DNA of 64,000 nucleotides, from assembly GCA_000165425.1 (NCBI GenBank), contig CT868079.1:1-64000 (forward strand). The letters run 5' to 3'. Shown here in pieces: positions 17,438 to 30,858 of this stretch. The notes beneath the pieces were generated by a model. The model saw only the letters and a program-made list of their open reading frames with translations, was not told where the DNA came from and made no database searches. The position numbers and the translations under genes were made by a program. The DNA is from Paramecium tetraurelia. Lineage: Eukaryota. Each line of letters starts with the position of its first letter. Within the stretch, counting starts at the first letter, position 1.

Positions 17438-18351
17438 ATGAGCAGATCGGGAGATTTCCAAAACAAAGTTGAGACCATTATTGAAAATGTATTTGAAATT
17501 AATTAATCAACCACTTAGTATCTTTAGAAACATAAGATAATAAACATAAAAAATTCGAATAATCATGCTGATGTACCAATTTCTGAATTTGATCTGCTTG
17601 AGAAATAAATGACAAGAAGTAGTATCATAGATGACTTAATTCAAAAAATTTAGGTTTTAGTAGAAGCTAGTAATTATAATGCTAAGATTGAAGTATTTTC
17701 ATTAATAAATCTACATGTAGATGGACTAAAAGTTTATTAGATTTGAATAAGAAATTACCAATTTAAGATCCATAATTATGATGCAATAGGATTACAATTC
17801 TCCTCCTTAATTGTTGATGACTCGCTCTGAAAATAATTCGTTTATTGAAATGAGTGATTCGTTTCTGAATGATGAAAATGCTAGTAATTTTAAGAAAAAA
17901 GTCAAAGAAATTCAGGAATAATTCTCAAAGAAAACATAACAACTCGATAATATGCTTGCTTTAGTTATTGATTAATAGTAAAAGTGTTTATAAATGTTAG
18001 ATTGCAATTAAAACAACAAATTACTCAAAATCCTTCCACAAATCAATCAAATGATTAGTAGGTAGATCTCCATCTTCAAACTGATAAGATATTAGATTTA
18101 ATCCAACCAAGTAAGAAACTCAGAGTATATTAGAAATTCAATTTTTGAATAAGGAGCATTTTGAGGAAAAATATTAGTAATTTAAAAAAGCAATGGAAGA
18201 AATGAAGTAGGGGGCCAAAGAAAAGCAGTCACTATTAATGACCATTGTTGATGAGTGCAAGAGGGATTGTGAAAAAATAGAAAAAAAATTGAATGAACAC
18301 ATTACTTAAGTGAATGCAGATAAGAAAAAATCTTGGATTCCTTTTAAATGA
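17438..18351 (+). CDS. Hypothetical coiled-coil protein
   Basis: Open with ciliate code across three short introns; ends KKSWIPFK-TGA. Confidence 0.65.
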
Positions 18352-18622
18352 TTTATGTTATGTATAAAGTACCACATTTGCTAGATGATTTAAATTCTCA
18401 ACTTATCTTGAACTAAATGAGCATTTTACTCACATCTTCATAATAATTTAATTAATATGTTTTCTTTGTAAATCATAATTTTTATCACAAAGTATATTCA
18501 TTAAACATAAATTATATTCGTATCTATAAACTAAGTTAAATAAGGATAATATAAATTGTTTTTTAATAGAATTTGAAAATAATTTGATCAATAATTAATT
18601 ATGCATCAATGATATTTATTAT

Positions 18623-20144
18623 ATGGATAATTAAGAAGAGGTCATCCTCAAATGTTATAAGGATTCCGAAGAAAGAACATTTAAATTAATTAAATATATA
18701 GGAGCTGGAAGTGAAGGATTTGTGTCACTTTATAAACCAATAAATTGGTGCTTTGAGGTTGATGAAGTCGCCATCAAATCGTAGTCGACAAATATAAAAA
18801 GTTCTGCCATAGATTTTTACAAGAAACTAATGGAACAACAACTTAAAATAGAAAAAAGTTCGGATGAAAAATCACATATTATCAAAATTTATGAACTATG
18901 TCAAAATACAAATGAAAAAGGTGAATTAAGTGAATTTTTAGTAATAATGGAAAAAGGAGGAGATGACTTATATAAATATTAAAAACATAATAAACAATTA
19001 ACCTTTTAATAGAAAGTGTAAATATGCCTATAAGTAAAGTTTTCAGATTATCTTTTAGTTAGCTTAAGGCCTTAAATAATTGCATCAGCTTGACTATATT
19101 CACAGAGATATAAAACCTGAGAATTTTGTTCTAGCGAAAGATGGATTTAAGTTAATTGATTTTGGGTTGACAAAATCTATCAATCAAGAATATATGTCGA
19201 TGAATGTTGGATCAAGATTATTCTAGGCTCCAGAAGTCTTAGTTGGAGACGGTAATTATACTTCTTCAATTGATATCTGGTCATTGGGTTGTACATTCTA
19301 TGAAGTTTTTTCTGATGATATATTAATAAAAGGTACATTTTTTATTTCAAACTTAGCTTAAAATTATATGGACGCGTTTCTAATAATTCGTAATCACACT
19401 GAAAATTAGAAATACCTTTATGGTAAAATTGAAGCATTACAAATTTAATAAGAATGGAAAGATTTAATTAAAGATATGTTACATCCTGAACCAAATAAGA
19501 GAATTACTTCTGAGAACCTTGTCCTAAAAATTCAATCCTTATTAAATAAATAAAACAATCAATTCTAACCGACAGTATAGAACATGGATCGTTTCTGCAC
19601 TCCTCAAAATGGCATGGTCAATCCTCAAACAAATAATTGCATCCCATAAAAGAAAGTGTTTCAGACAATAAATGCATAGACTACTACGCAAAATGAAATA
19701 CCTCAATTTAATCGCATTTAAACTCCTAATCAAAATATAATAAACAATCTTAATGGAAATTAATTTCATATATAACCTAATTTTATTAGTCCTAGTGGTT
19801 CTAATGTTCCAAAAGTACTACAAACTTGTAATCCTTAAATTACAACTCCAACAAATAATAACAATTACATCTAGAAATTTGATTAAAATGCATTTGCCAA
19901 TAATAAATAAAATGAAATGTATGAAATTTTGAATTAGAGAATTCAGAAACTTGAGAGTGAACTATAAAATGTGAAGTAAGAAATGGTAGATTTAAAAAAA
20001 GAAGTAACAGTATTGAAGGATGAAAAAGGGTAACTATTAGATCAGAATACTAAGATGAAAGCTTAATTAAATAAATATGTAAAACAGCAATAAACTTCTC
20101 TTATAGAATTTTAACCATTCTTAATTTAAACTCAATAACCATGA
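18623..20144 (+). CDS. Ser/Thr kinase + Q/P-rich + short coiled coil (K4), apparently intact
   Basis: [46 protein letters not shown]; introns after ICLQ and after LIK-G. Confidence 0.9.
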
Positions 20145-20202
20145 AAAAATCAATATGAATTTATTAATAAAAATTTTATTAAGAATTTATTTTCTCGTAC
20201 AT

Positions 20203-21601
20203 ATGGATTTTAGCTTAGGAGTTTTCTAAAATTCAATCCAGAAATCTATGAATATATTTTTAAATGATTGTAAATATTTAATTAATTAATAATAGAGAAG
20301 AAAATTCTAATTACATCAATACATTGATCGGGAAAGGGAACTCTCCATTTTTATAAAGGTTTATTAAAGATCATTCACGAATAATACTCCGATAAAACTG
20401 ATGACTGATATTTTATATTTAATCGAATGTTTTGAAGGAAATGACCCAGAATGATATGGAATTTATTTGACAGGTTAAGAATATTTAATATAGTTTATAA
20501 GGAGCTAACTTAAAAACCACTAAGTGGGTTGAAGGCAGTAAAAATTGGATTAACCATACATTTGGTTTAATATGAGTTTTAAATAGGAAAAATAGTAGCT
20601 GAGTAAATGATCTCAAGCGATAATAAACTGTAAGTAATTTAGACTCAGAGTTATGGACAATTTGTACAGAATTATTTGATGTAACTATTCAAGTTGGCTT
20701 AGAATGTAAAATTATTTTACTCTTGTAAAATTGGATAATACCCAACCTTTGATTAGTAATTCATTTACACTTATGAGACCGAGTCTACTCGAGAGAATCA
20801 AATAAACTAGTTTAGAATCTTCAAGAAGTAACTAAACTTTAAAGATACAAATCTACAATATCGAGAATATCAATAGTAGAAGCTGGAAAATAATTTATCC
20901 AACAAGATTGGTTACATAACAATAGACTAGAAAATTCTCTATTTATTTAAATTACAAAATTTATTGAATCAATGCATCCAGGTTTTGAATTTGTGTATAG
21001 GTGTATGTTAAATAGAAAAATAAGACATCAAAGTATTTCTATACTAATATTAATGAATCTTAGGTGTGCAGAACTGCTTGATTCATTTTAATTCTTGCCA
21101 TTTTAAAAACAATAATCATTATAATAGGTATATTGGGCTTACCACTAATTCTACAAAGAATAACAAGTGGATATAAAATAATAAAAAGTGCTTTGACAGT
21201 TAAAACATTGTCAAGTAGCCATTATGGTTTGAAGAGAATATCCAAATTAATAGAGAAGTATAAAATAGTATAATTGATAGCAAGATTACTACTATTGCAA
21301 ATTCAATATCTTTATTCTGGAAGAATCTTGAATTAATGGATATAGCCCTTTTTTGGTGGGTCATAAGAAACTGCAGGAATCTATCTCTTAATATACTGAG
21401 ATGAAGGATCAAAGTTAATAATAGAATAACTAAAAAAACAATAATAGCAAGCGAGGTATCCCATATTTTCAGATTAGTAGATGCAATTGTCTCCAAAGAT
21501 GTAACAATAACAGATAATAAAATGATTAAAATACTCAATAAATAAATTAATTATGACAACAATCAGACATAATACAATTATTCATATCTAATGTTAAATG
21601 A
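20203..21601 (+). pseudogene. Degenerate gene, 5' part weakly kinase N-lobe-like, 3' part N/Q/S-rich
   Basis: RRKFQLHQYI...GKGTLHFYKG...IECFEG fragments in shifting frames with in-frame TGAs; open low-complexity frame towards 21601. Confidence 0.35.
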
Positions 21602-24090
21602 AATAAGAGGCGAGCAATCCTTGACCAAGTTTCATTTCACTAAAGTTTCGTTCTTCGTTGGTGTCTTGTAATTGTTCCATTGTATTTTTGGGTTCAAACA
21701 AGGACATGGTATCTTCAAGAGACCAAACTTTGATGAATTCCACATTGTTATTAAATTGTTCTTCTAATTCCTAGGGTATGTTTCTGACTGCGTTCCTCAT
21801 TTGAATTTGATTATTCCTTTTCTCAATTTTGATCATATTATCAACCTCTATATTGTAAATCTCTTTTAGATACATAGCCCATTGATTATTCTCCAATTTG
21901 GATTTGATTTCTTTGATTTAATTGAAGTTCGAATTGGATTTGTAAGAAGACATAACCTATTAACTATACACACTGGTTAATTGAGTTATCTAGCTAACTC
22001 TAGTGCTTGAAGTGTATGTTGATAGCATTCTCATTTTATTGTAATCTACTTCAAGTATACTCTATTACTTGGCAGATTGATATTGATAATATGAAACTTA
22101 CTTAATGACTGATTGATGTGGATGACTGAGGTTTTATGTTTATATATTTTGAGATACGGTTTATTAGTTTTAAGCATTTTATTCTCTTAAAATTTCACAA
22201 ATGTGATTTTCTAAAAATTAATCATCTCTTTCCATTTTAAATGCATTTTCATCTGGTTCATTTAATTGTAATGATTGAACATTTCGTCCTATGATTTTGG
22301 ATTCAAGAATGTTATCCTCAAAATTATGATTAGTTTAGTCTGCAATGTCTTAGCAAGAGAGTACATGTTATCGGAGATTGATTTTCACTTTATCATACAG
22401 ATACTCAATTCCTTTGGGTAACAAACACACTTGTACAGTCCATTGATTCAGGATTTCTTGCATGTATTTGGAATCGGCTTTGCAATATGATATATGATAT
22501 GAATACCTATGATGTAATCTTTGAACACTTAATAGTCATTGGATAACTGTTCAGATGCCTTTTAATAGAATTCATTGGCTTATGAGATTGCAATGTTCAG
22601 TATATTTCCATAAAGAGATCCCACTTTAACATTTGAATGGCCAATCCAATTGATACTTTATTCATGCAATGATAAATCCAGAATATTGGATGTGAATTTA
22701 TTTAATAAGTAATTTACAGCACTTGAACAGTATTTAAAATAATCGTCATCGTTGAATTTTTAACCAATGACTTACTGTTCATTTGTGAAATGATCTTTCA
22801 TAAAGAAACCTAATAGGATCATTCTTTTTTATTTCAAGAGGGTTTCATATGAAAGAAACAATTCATTCTCAATGGGATCCACTTAGGAACTTCTAGTACC
22901 TTTAATAACAATCTAAGACCACAATCTTGCAAGAGCACTAGTAAATGTGACTTTAGGGAAAGAAGTAGTAAAATATACCTCAAATAGCAAGTCGATTTTA
23001 TTGAATATTTTCTTCAAGGCTCTATTCAAGGCCCACATCATGCCAATATAAGATTCCCATAAAATAGTGTACATATTGAGAAACATGGCTGGATTTTTTT
23101 CCATTTTAGTAATCATCAAAACATTTCTACTAAATAGACACCTCTGATAAATGAAGTTGAATATTTAGAGCAGGAATCTCAATAATAGGGGTATATTTTC
23201 AGAATCTAATATGGTGGGATCCTTAAGGAAGTTATCGATTACAACCCATCTCAATTCAAATAATAGTTAGGTGTGTTTCATGTTGGTGACATCAAATTTA
23301 TGCAAACAGTCCTAATAAATTTTTTCTGTTAATTCATCAAGTGAGGGAACTTTCTCAACAATTGTATAATCATTGGTTCTTTAGGCCAACTCCAATTGGA
23401 ACCAGCTGGTTGTGCATTGTTTGAGAATATCATCTGTCAATAGAGGGATGGGCATAACTGGATTATGACAGATTTCCAAGATCCTATCAACCAGTGGATA
23501 ATTGACTTTGAAGGTCTTTTAGATCTCATTTTCTGTGATTCTCATTTATTGTCTAATTGATAATCATTAAGTGGTACATGCTTCTCTGGAAACTTAGGTA
23601 TATCCTGATCCAGGATTCGTCTTAGTTGGTTTCGATACATAACAATTAAGAGTGGTATACGGAAAGAAATCTCTAATGTAATCCATATTCTACAAAACAT
23701 CGGAGCTGGAGCTTTCGTAAATAGAATTAAGTGAGATAGTTTGAGTAGATGCTGCTGCTCATTTCTACCATGAATTTTAGTTTTTTGTTCACTAGTTTAA
23801 GTTATAAGCATTCTCGAATTGTCAAGAAATTTAAGAAATACTGTAGAATTTTAATGGGGTAATTAGGCATCTCTTCCTCACTCATCTTTCTAAAATATCT
23901 GCATTTCATAATACGTCAGGATATCTTGACTTTATAATTTCATGCTTTCAGATAGGCTTTTTCCTAGCTTTGAACTCTCTTTTGATTCTTTTGATGCCAA
24001 TTGACTCATACACAATCCCATCAGATAATCTCGTTTTCTGAGTTTCTTCTTTTCCTATTACGCCTATTGTTGACTCTAGTTTGCTCCCAT
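21582..24090 (-). CDS. N-myristoylated F-box protein with cullin-repeat-like helical domain (~800 aa)
   Basis: Starts MGANQS; F-box-like MPNYPIKILQYFLNFLTIRECLQLKLVNKKLKFMV; cullin-repeat-like FLNMYTILWESY...LARLWSQIV...LLNKFTSNILDLSLHE...ANEFYQKASEQL; 25-, 25- and 29-nt introns keep the frame; TGA at 21582. Confidence 0.75.
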
Positions 24091-24247
24091 TTAATTTAAT
24101 TGATTGTATTATATAACTATCTATTTAAATACTCTTTAACTCTAAAATCCATATGGAAAACCTTTAACAAAACAACATTATTATCTCCCCAACAATCAAT
24201 CCTTATTTACTAACAAAAGACTATATATTTAATTTTATAATCATTAA

Positions 24248-26158
24248 ATGGATCAAGCCGATATGATAAATGATGAAGAGTAATCGCCACTTCACATTAA
24301 ACGAGAACTGGATATCGATATACCTTACAGAGTGGCATTTCCGATATGTTACAATCAATAATAGAAGGACACTCCAAAAACAGCCATGAGAACAATTGAA
24401 CATTTGGAAATCGATGAAGTGCAAATACAAACAGAAACCACTCCTAAAACTCAAATTGACATTTCCTCTCCTCGAGTTCTCTTCTTGACTCATTCACAAA
24501 TTATGGGCTTGAATCAAGAAGAAGATGAAGTGCCTTTTAACAGATCTGCCTTAAACAATCCACTCTCTGAAATTCCTGAGGAACTCACACCCAGTAATTT
24601 ACCTAATGTATTTGATTTGAGTCTATTCAAGCAATCTAAGGTATCCAATCAAGATGTCATCATTGATAATATGAGTATAGTTAATAGTTAGTAGTTGAAA
24701 TTTAGTAAGAAATCTTCAGAAACTTAAGTGATATCAAATATCAACATGGAGGGCAGCAAATTGAAAGAAGAAGTATGTTCATCATCTCATAACAATAGTT
24801 AAAAGAACAAATAAGTATTCTGGAATGTAAAATCCAAGAATTAGAAAAAGAAAATTTCATTCTTAAAAAGAGATCGAATCAAGAGAAAGTCAGATATATT
24901 GAGTTGTAAATGGAAACTGAATATAGGATAGCATCTTTGAATGAACAATTTCAAGATTAGGAGATTAATTATAAAAAATAGATTGCCATCCTCAAAAATG
25001 ATCTCAATACTGCCAAATTATAAATCAATATAATCAAATAATAGATTCCCCATCACGACACTCAAGGGTTATAATTGTCTTAATCCTAAATTCAATTCCC
25101 ATACCATCCATCTTAATAATAACCCTACTAGTATTATAATAAGCAATCCACCTTATCCTAGTCATTTACTGAATAACTAAGCAAACACTCAAAAGATCAA
25201 TGTCTTACTTAAATATAATATGATGTAGTCAACTCTAAATTGATCAAAATTATCAAGAAGATCGATTCACAGATTGAAATTAGCAAAATGGATTTATTTG
25301 ATCTCCTTTAAATACTCGAAGAAAAAGTCAAATAGATGATGAACATTGAAGAAGAGGAGAAAATGGACGAACATCGAACCTTGCTGTCCACATTGAAAAC
25401 AGAATTGGGACAAATCAAACAAATTAGAGGTTAATTATCCAGAATATTCTACGATCATAATCAATTTATCCATAAGAAAAATAGTGATAATCAAAACGAT
25501 TAAAGGATTAATGACTTGAATCTCTAAATCTTAGGATTTAAGTAAGAGAAATTAGAGTTAATTGAAATGACCTAAAAACAATAGATTGAAATCAATTAGC
25601 AGAATCAACTAATTGTTGAATTGTAACAGAAATTAAGTAAGATGTTTCTACATACATAAAATTAGATAATTCATCATAGACAGACACCCAAAGAATCCAG
25701 TCTTAATTTATTCGCTCCCTCCAAACTAACTCTGTGGCTGACATCAAGAATATCAAGGAATAAGTTAAACAACGATAGGAGAGTATCAAGTAATAATACT
25801 AAATAAACAATCATTAGAAAAAACTTTAAATCCCAAAACTCCCCTTAGAGCAGATCTGAGAATGCCTCCCCGTAATTGAAATTCCTCAATTCTCCAAAGT
25901 ACATATATAGTTGACATTAGAAATTCGAAACACTCCTCCACCTATTAAAAACAGCAATAGAATGATAAAAAATACCAATTCTATAATCGAACCTCGGACT
26001 TCAGTGTTGACAATAATAATTCAACTCATTAAGCAACTACCCAGAATATTAACAATAGTATGCATTCAAGTGGTGAGATCATTTAGAAACTTGTTGATCA
26101 ATTCAGAGGAAATTCGATATTAGCATAAAAAATCTCAGGCTATTCAAAAAAGAATTGA
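24248..26158 (+). CDS. Hypothetical low-complexity/coiled-coil protein
   Basis: Long ciliate-code frame from MDQADMINDEEQ; heptads ELQMETEYRIASLNEQFQDQEINYKKQIAILKNDL; end approximate. Confidence 0.65.
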
Positions 26159-26257
26159 AACATATATCGAAATTTTTGTTTACTAATTTGTAGATTGCCT
26201 TTATTCATCAATAGAATTATTATTATAAAATCATTTTGATATTAAAATCAATAATAA

Positions 26258-28645
26258 ATGAAAAGACCAATCTAGATATTGCCAATTAATATCCCTGGTA
26301 GAGACGCTCCCATTGTATTGGAAATAGGTGAAACTGATTTATTCCATTTCCAAGCCAAAAAAATAGTTGCTGGTTATTTAATTCATATATCAATTAGGGT
26401 AGCTAAAAAATTATAGTCAAGATGAATTCGTATTTTATTCGAGAAGTAAGAATTTAGTAGTCCATGAAGACGATAGAGTATCAAAGTAAAATTTGTGTGT
26501 TGATCAATTAGACTCTTCTTAAGTAAAGAATAAAATGAAATCGAATTGTATTTGACATCCAATTTAATCAAGAAGGCTGTGTTGGGAGAATAAGGCAATT
26601 AATAAATAGGGGGACAGTTTTAGAATAACTACGAAAGTGAAATATAGGAATTGAAAAAGGAAATTAAAAACTTATAAGCCAAACTTCAAGAATACAAATC
26701 TGCCAATAAAATGTCAATCTATAATAACGAAGAGAAAGAACTACGAGATTAATTAGGATAAATGAAAAAGGAGTTTGACGACAGATTAAAAGTCGAGGAA
26801 GAATACAGAGCTAATATAATTAAAAAGTATAATGAGAGTTAGAATGCCTAGACCGAATAAAAGAAAGAACTTTTGTAAAAAGAAAAACATATTGAAGAAT
26901 TAAAATATCAATAAAGGCTAATGGAGGCTGAGAAGAAATTCTTGGAAGAGCAAAATAAAAAGGAAATTTTATTAAGTATCCAATCACAAGGTGGCAATAA
27001 TTTGAATAATTAATTGGCTGAAATTAGGTTTGAATTTGAAAAAGTAAAGGCACTATACTAAGAAGAGTAGTTTGAAAGAACCAAAGATAAAGAAATTATT
27101 TCTTAATAGTAAAAGAAATTACAAAAGCTTGAAACCAAATTATAAAAAGAGATTGAGGAATTACAATAAGGAAGATTTTTATCCTAATCTGAAATATCAA
27201 AGTTGAAATAGGAATTAACAAGTGTTAATGAAAAATGTTATAATTATAAATGCGAAATTTAAAAATAAAAAGTAGAAATTGATAGATTCGTTTAAACCTT
27301 AGAGTTAGGTAAATAAAAAATTGGTTAATTGGAGAAAGAGTTGAATATCTCTAATGCAGAAATCAATAACCTAAAGAGAAGTGAGGAGGAGAAAATTAAT
27401 GAAATTAGAAGGAAAGAAGTACTTGTAAATGAAATTAAAAATTCAAAAGATGTATAATAAACTATAAGGGTTAACTTGGAATAAGAAAAATCAGATTTAC
27501 AAAAATAATTACAAACAAAAACAGATAGGTGCAGATAGTTAGAATAGGAAAATGCGCTAAAATCAGCTGATATTAAACATTTAGAAAGTAGATTATAAGA
27601 AGAAATTAATGCAAAAAATGATAACATTTAGAAAGCAAAAATATAAAAAGAGGATTTAGTTAATCGCTTGTAAAAAGAATAGGATAATTTAAAAGCTGAA
27701 AAGGAAGCTAAGAATAAATTAGTTGAGAGAATCAAAGAAAATGCATTATTAAAAGCAAAAGATGAAAAAATTATTTCCCCTACCGAGGCTCTTTTAAGAA
27801 ATATACCAAATCCACTATAATTTTTAAAGATCGAAAATATAATGACAAAAGATTTAGTTGCCGTAGTTGAAATAATTAAAGTGGATAAAAAAAAAGCAAT
27901 AGAGAGTTTAACTAAGTAAAATCCTAAAATATCTTAATTTATAACAAGAGAACGTGTTGGAAATTGGGAATTCAAATAAAGCATAGCAATTGTAATAATT
28001 ATATTAATTATCTTAGAATGGGGATGGTACTAAAAGAAAAGGATTTCTGATGTAAATTACTGGAAGTGAAGAAAATCGTTATAATGATAAGGTTTTCTTA
28101 ATTAAAGAATTGATTGGGTTTGAGAAAATAGTTTCAAGTGACAAAGCTCTTTATGTTGCTCAAAATACCTTAATAGCTAAAGTATTAGCCGAGCACTTTT
28201 AAGATAGAATTCATGGTGTTTCTAAAATATTCCCCTAGAGATTTTCTTACAACGAACTCTTTTTATTAAATATAGAAGACAGTATGAAAAAAAATTATTT
28301 CATTTAGAATATTATATTGCTGAATAAGTGCAAGAAGGAAGGTTTATCAAATTCAATGGAAAAGGCGAATCTCACCTTTCAGACAAGGAATAATATCTAA
28401 AAAGTTATTTTTATGCTTTTTCAATTTTCACTTATTTTGTGACTCAAAAAATGCTGATGGTGACAAACATCCAAGGATTCTAAATAGGTTCAGAATATAT
28501 ATTGTGTGACCCAATCGTTTCCTCGCCTGAGGGTCTAATGGGAGATGAAGATTTAGCTGAATAACATATCTTAGAATTTGAATAAAACTACTAGAGTAAC
28601 CCAAAAAAGTATGGGAAAGAGTTTTTATAAATTTTAGGATATTGA
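26258..28645 (+). CDS. Coiled-coil protein with C-terminal alpha-kinase (eEF2K/MHCK-type) domain, degenerate active site; N-terminal UBL-like region
   Basis: GDGTKRKGF, VFLIKE, QNTLIAKVLAEHF, YYIAEQVQEGRFIKFNG, AFSIFTY, LMVTNIQG, LCDPIVSS, GDEDL; three short introns. Confidence 0.85.
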
Positions 28646-29593
28646 GTTTAATTTGATTACGAAGATTAATCAATATTATTATAAAAATATTTTATTTTAT
28701 AAATTAAGTAACTTTAAATAAGAAAATTAGTCTTTTGAAAAGCTTAATTCAAGAGTAGATAATAGAACCAAAAATATAAAATAATTAAGTTACCAATTAA
28801 TTAGAATATGATATATGTAGATGAATATGTATTCTTAAAGAACTCCATAAAATAATAAATTATATTACAAAATTTACTTAACTGTAGAAAAAATAATTAT
28901 TAAAAAAAAAAACACTAAAGATATTACATTTCTCAAGTTAATCTTCAATTTACTTTCTAGGAAATATAAAGAGTGATTAATTACTTAGGATCTATCTTCG
29001 ACACATAAAGACTGTCAAATGATAAGATTCATAAGTAAATAATAATACAAATTGTTTATTCATAATTCTATTTTATTATAATACTGTTTATATAGATGAT
29101 ATGTAAGTAATAAAAAATAAATTATTATTTTACTTTTCTGTAAAGAAGTATTCGAATTAAATGTACAAATTATTACGTGACAAATCTTAGATAGCACCAA
29201 TGCCCTATTTAGTGCTTGTGACTAGGGTTATGAAAATGTTAGTGTGAGTAGAGGCTATACTTATTAATAATATATAAAAATTAAACAAATGTTTATTTTT
29301 TCTGGTTAGATTAATAATGATAACTTTATTAATTAAATTCAAAAACGAAAGTTATTTTGGAATGAGTAGATAATTTTAAAGTTAAATACAAATTTGTAGT
29401 CAAGTATATTGTTTTTAATAAACCTTATATTTTTGGTGCATTACATTAACTAAAAAGAAAGTGAACCTAGATATTTATTGTTATTTAGTAGTTGATTTAC
29501 CTAGTTTAAGGTATTAATTATGTTCTCTAATTAATTAATATTTTGAATCCCATCATTTTTGGGTACGACTTAACAACAATTATATACATCAGA

Positions 29594-30820
29594 ATGATTA
29601 GTTAAGGAAATAATTAAGTAGTTGAACCACAAGTAGATCTAAAACACCACAATAAGAAGTATTGGAGCTCTGAAGAAGATACAAAATTGTACTCTGCTGT
29701 AATTTTGCATGGATCTAATTGGAAGGTCATTGCAGAATATCTATCTGGGAGAAATGCCTCACAGTGTGCATAAAGATGGAAGAGAATCAAGCCTAAAGAA
29801 GTAAATACATATATTAAATATTATAGAATGAAAGAAATTAGAAGTGGAGTAAAGAGGAAGACGAAGAAGTACTGAGACTTACCAAGAATTACTAGTATAA
29901 TTGGAGAGCAATCGCTCATCACATCCCAAATAGAACTGGTAGATAAATTAGAGAGAGATTTGTCAACCATTTAGATCCAAGTATTATTAAATCACCTTGG
30001 ACTGAAGAAGAAGATAAATGGATCTGGAATATGTATTAGAATATTGGTACCAAATGGTCAGATATGTCCAAAAAGTTGCCAGGAAGACCTGTAAACATAA
30101 ATTCAATACTAAATTTAGGAAAATATGATAAAAAACAGATTTTATTCTTATATTCGAAAATAATATGGGAAAATACAAAACCCTTATTATGTAGTACCAA
30201 ACAATGTGAGAGTATTAGAGAAGGACTCGATGAGGAAGAGTAAGATCATAAGAAAAATGAAAATGTTTAGGAGGTTTTGTTAATAAAAAAATATAAAAGA
30301 AATTAACAAAACTAAAGATTAATATAAAATTTAGAGTGAATTAAAAGTTGAATAGGATTAATATCCAATAAGGAAAGACCTCCTTAGATATGGATATTAA
30401 TAATAATAACTCTAATCTTACTATCCTTTAATGCCCACAGAATTTTAATAATTACAATTCCCTCAAATTATTTATCCTTACTAATTTGTATCAACTTCTA
30501 ATATTGGATCTGAATTTTATGGCATAATAAACTAATAAGATATGTTGAATTGCCAAAAAGAATAGATAAATTAATCAACATTTTCTGAAATGACCAAGTC
30601 GTAAAATAATGAAATGACAGCCTTACCAACTTTGAATCTATCACTTATTGGATTTTAATAAATTTAAAAAAATTAAATAGTCACTAAAGAAGAAGAACAG
30701 GATAATGAAAATCCACAAACTTAAAAAAGGCTACTTGATACATCCTACCCTCTTTAAATTAGACCTGATATCTTAGAAGAGTTACACAAAAAGAATTTAG
30801 AAGCTTAAATTAAATAATGA
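29594..30820 (+). CDS. Three-repeat Myb transcription factor
   Basis: KYWSSEEDTKL...WKVIAEYLSGRNASQCAQRW; KWSKEEDEEV...RTGRQIRERFVNHLDP; PWTEEEDKWI...WSDMSKKLPGRPENMIKNRFYS. Confidence 0.93.
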
Positions 30821-30858
30821 ATATATATATATATATCGATTTTGGTTTCTTGTAAAGA

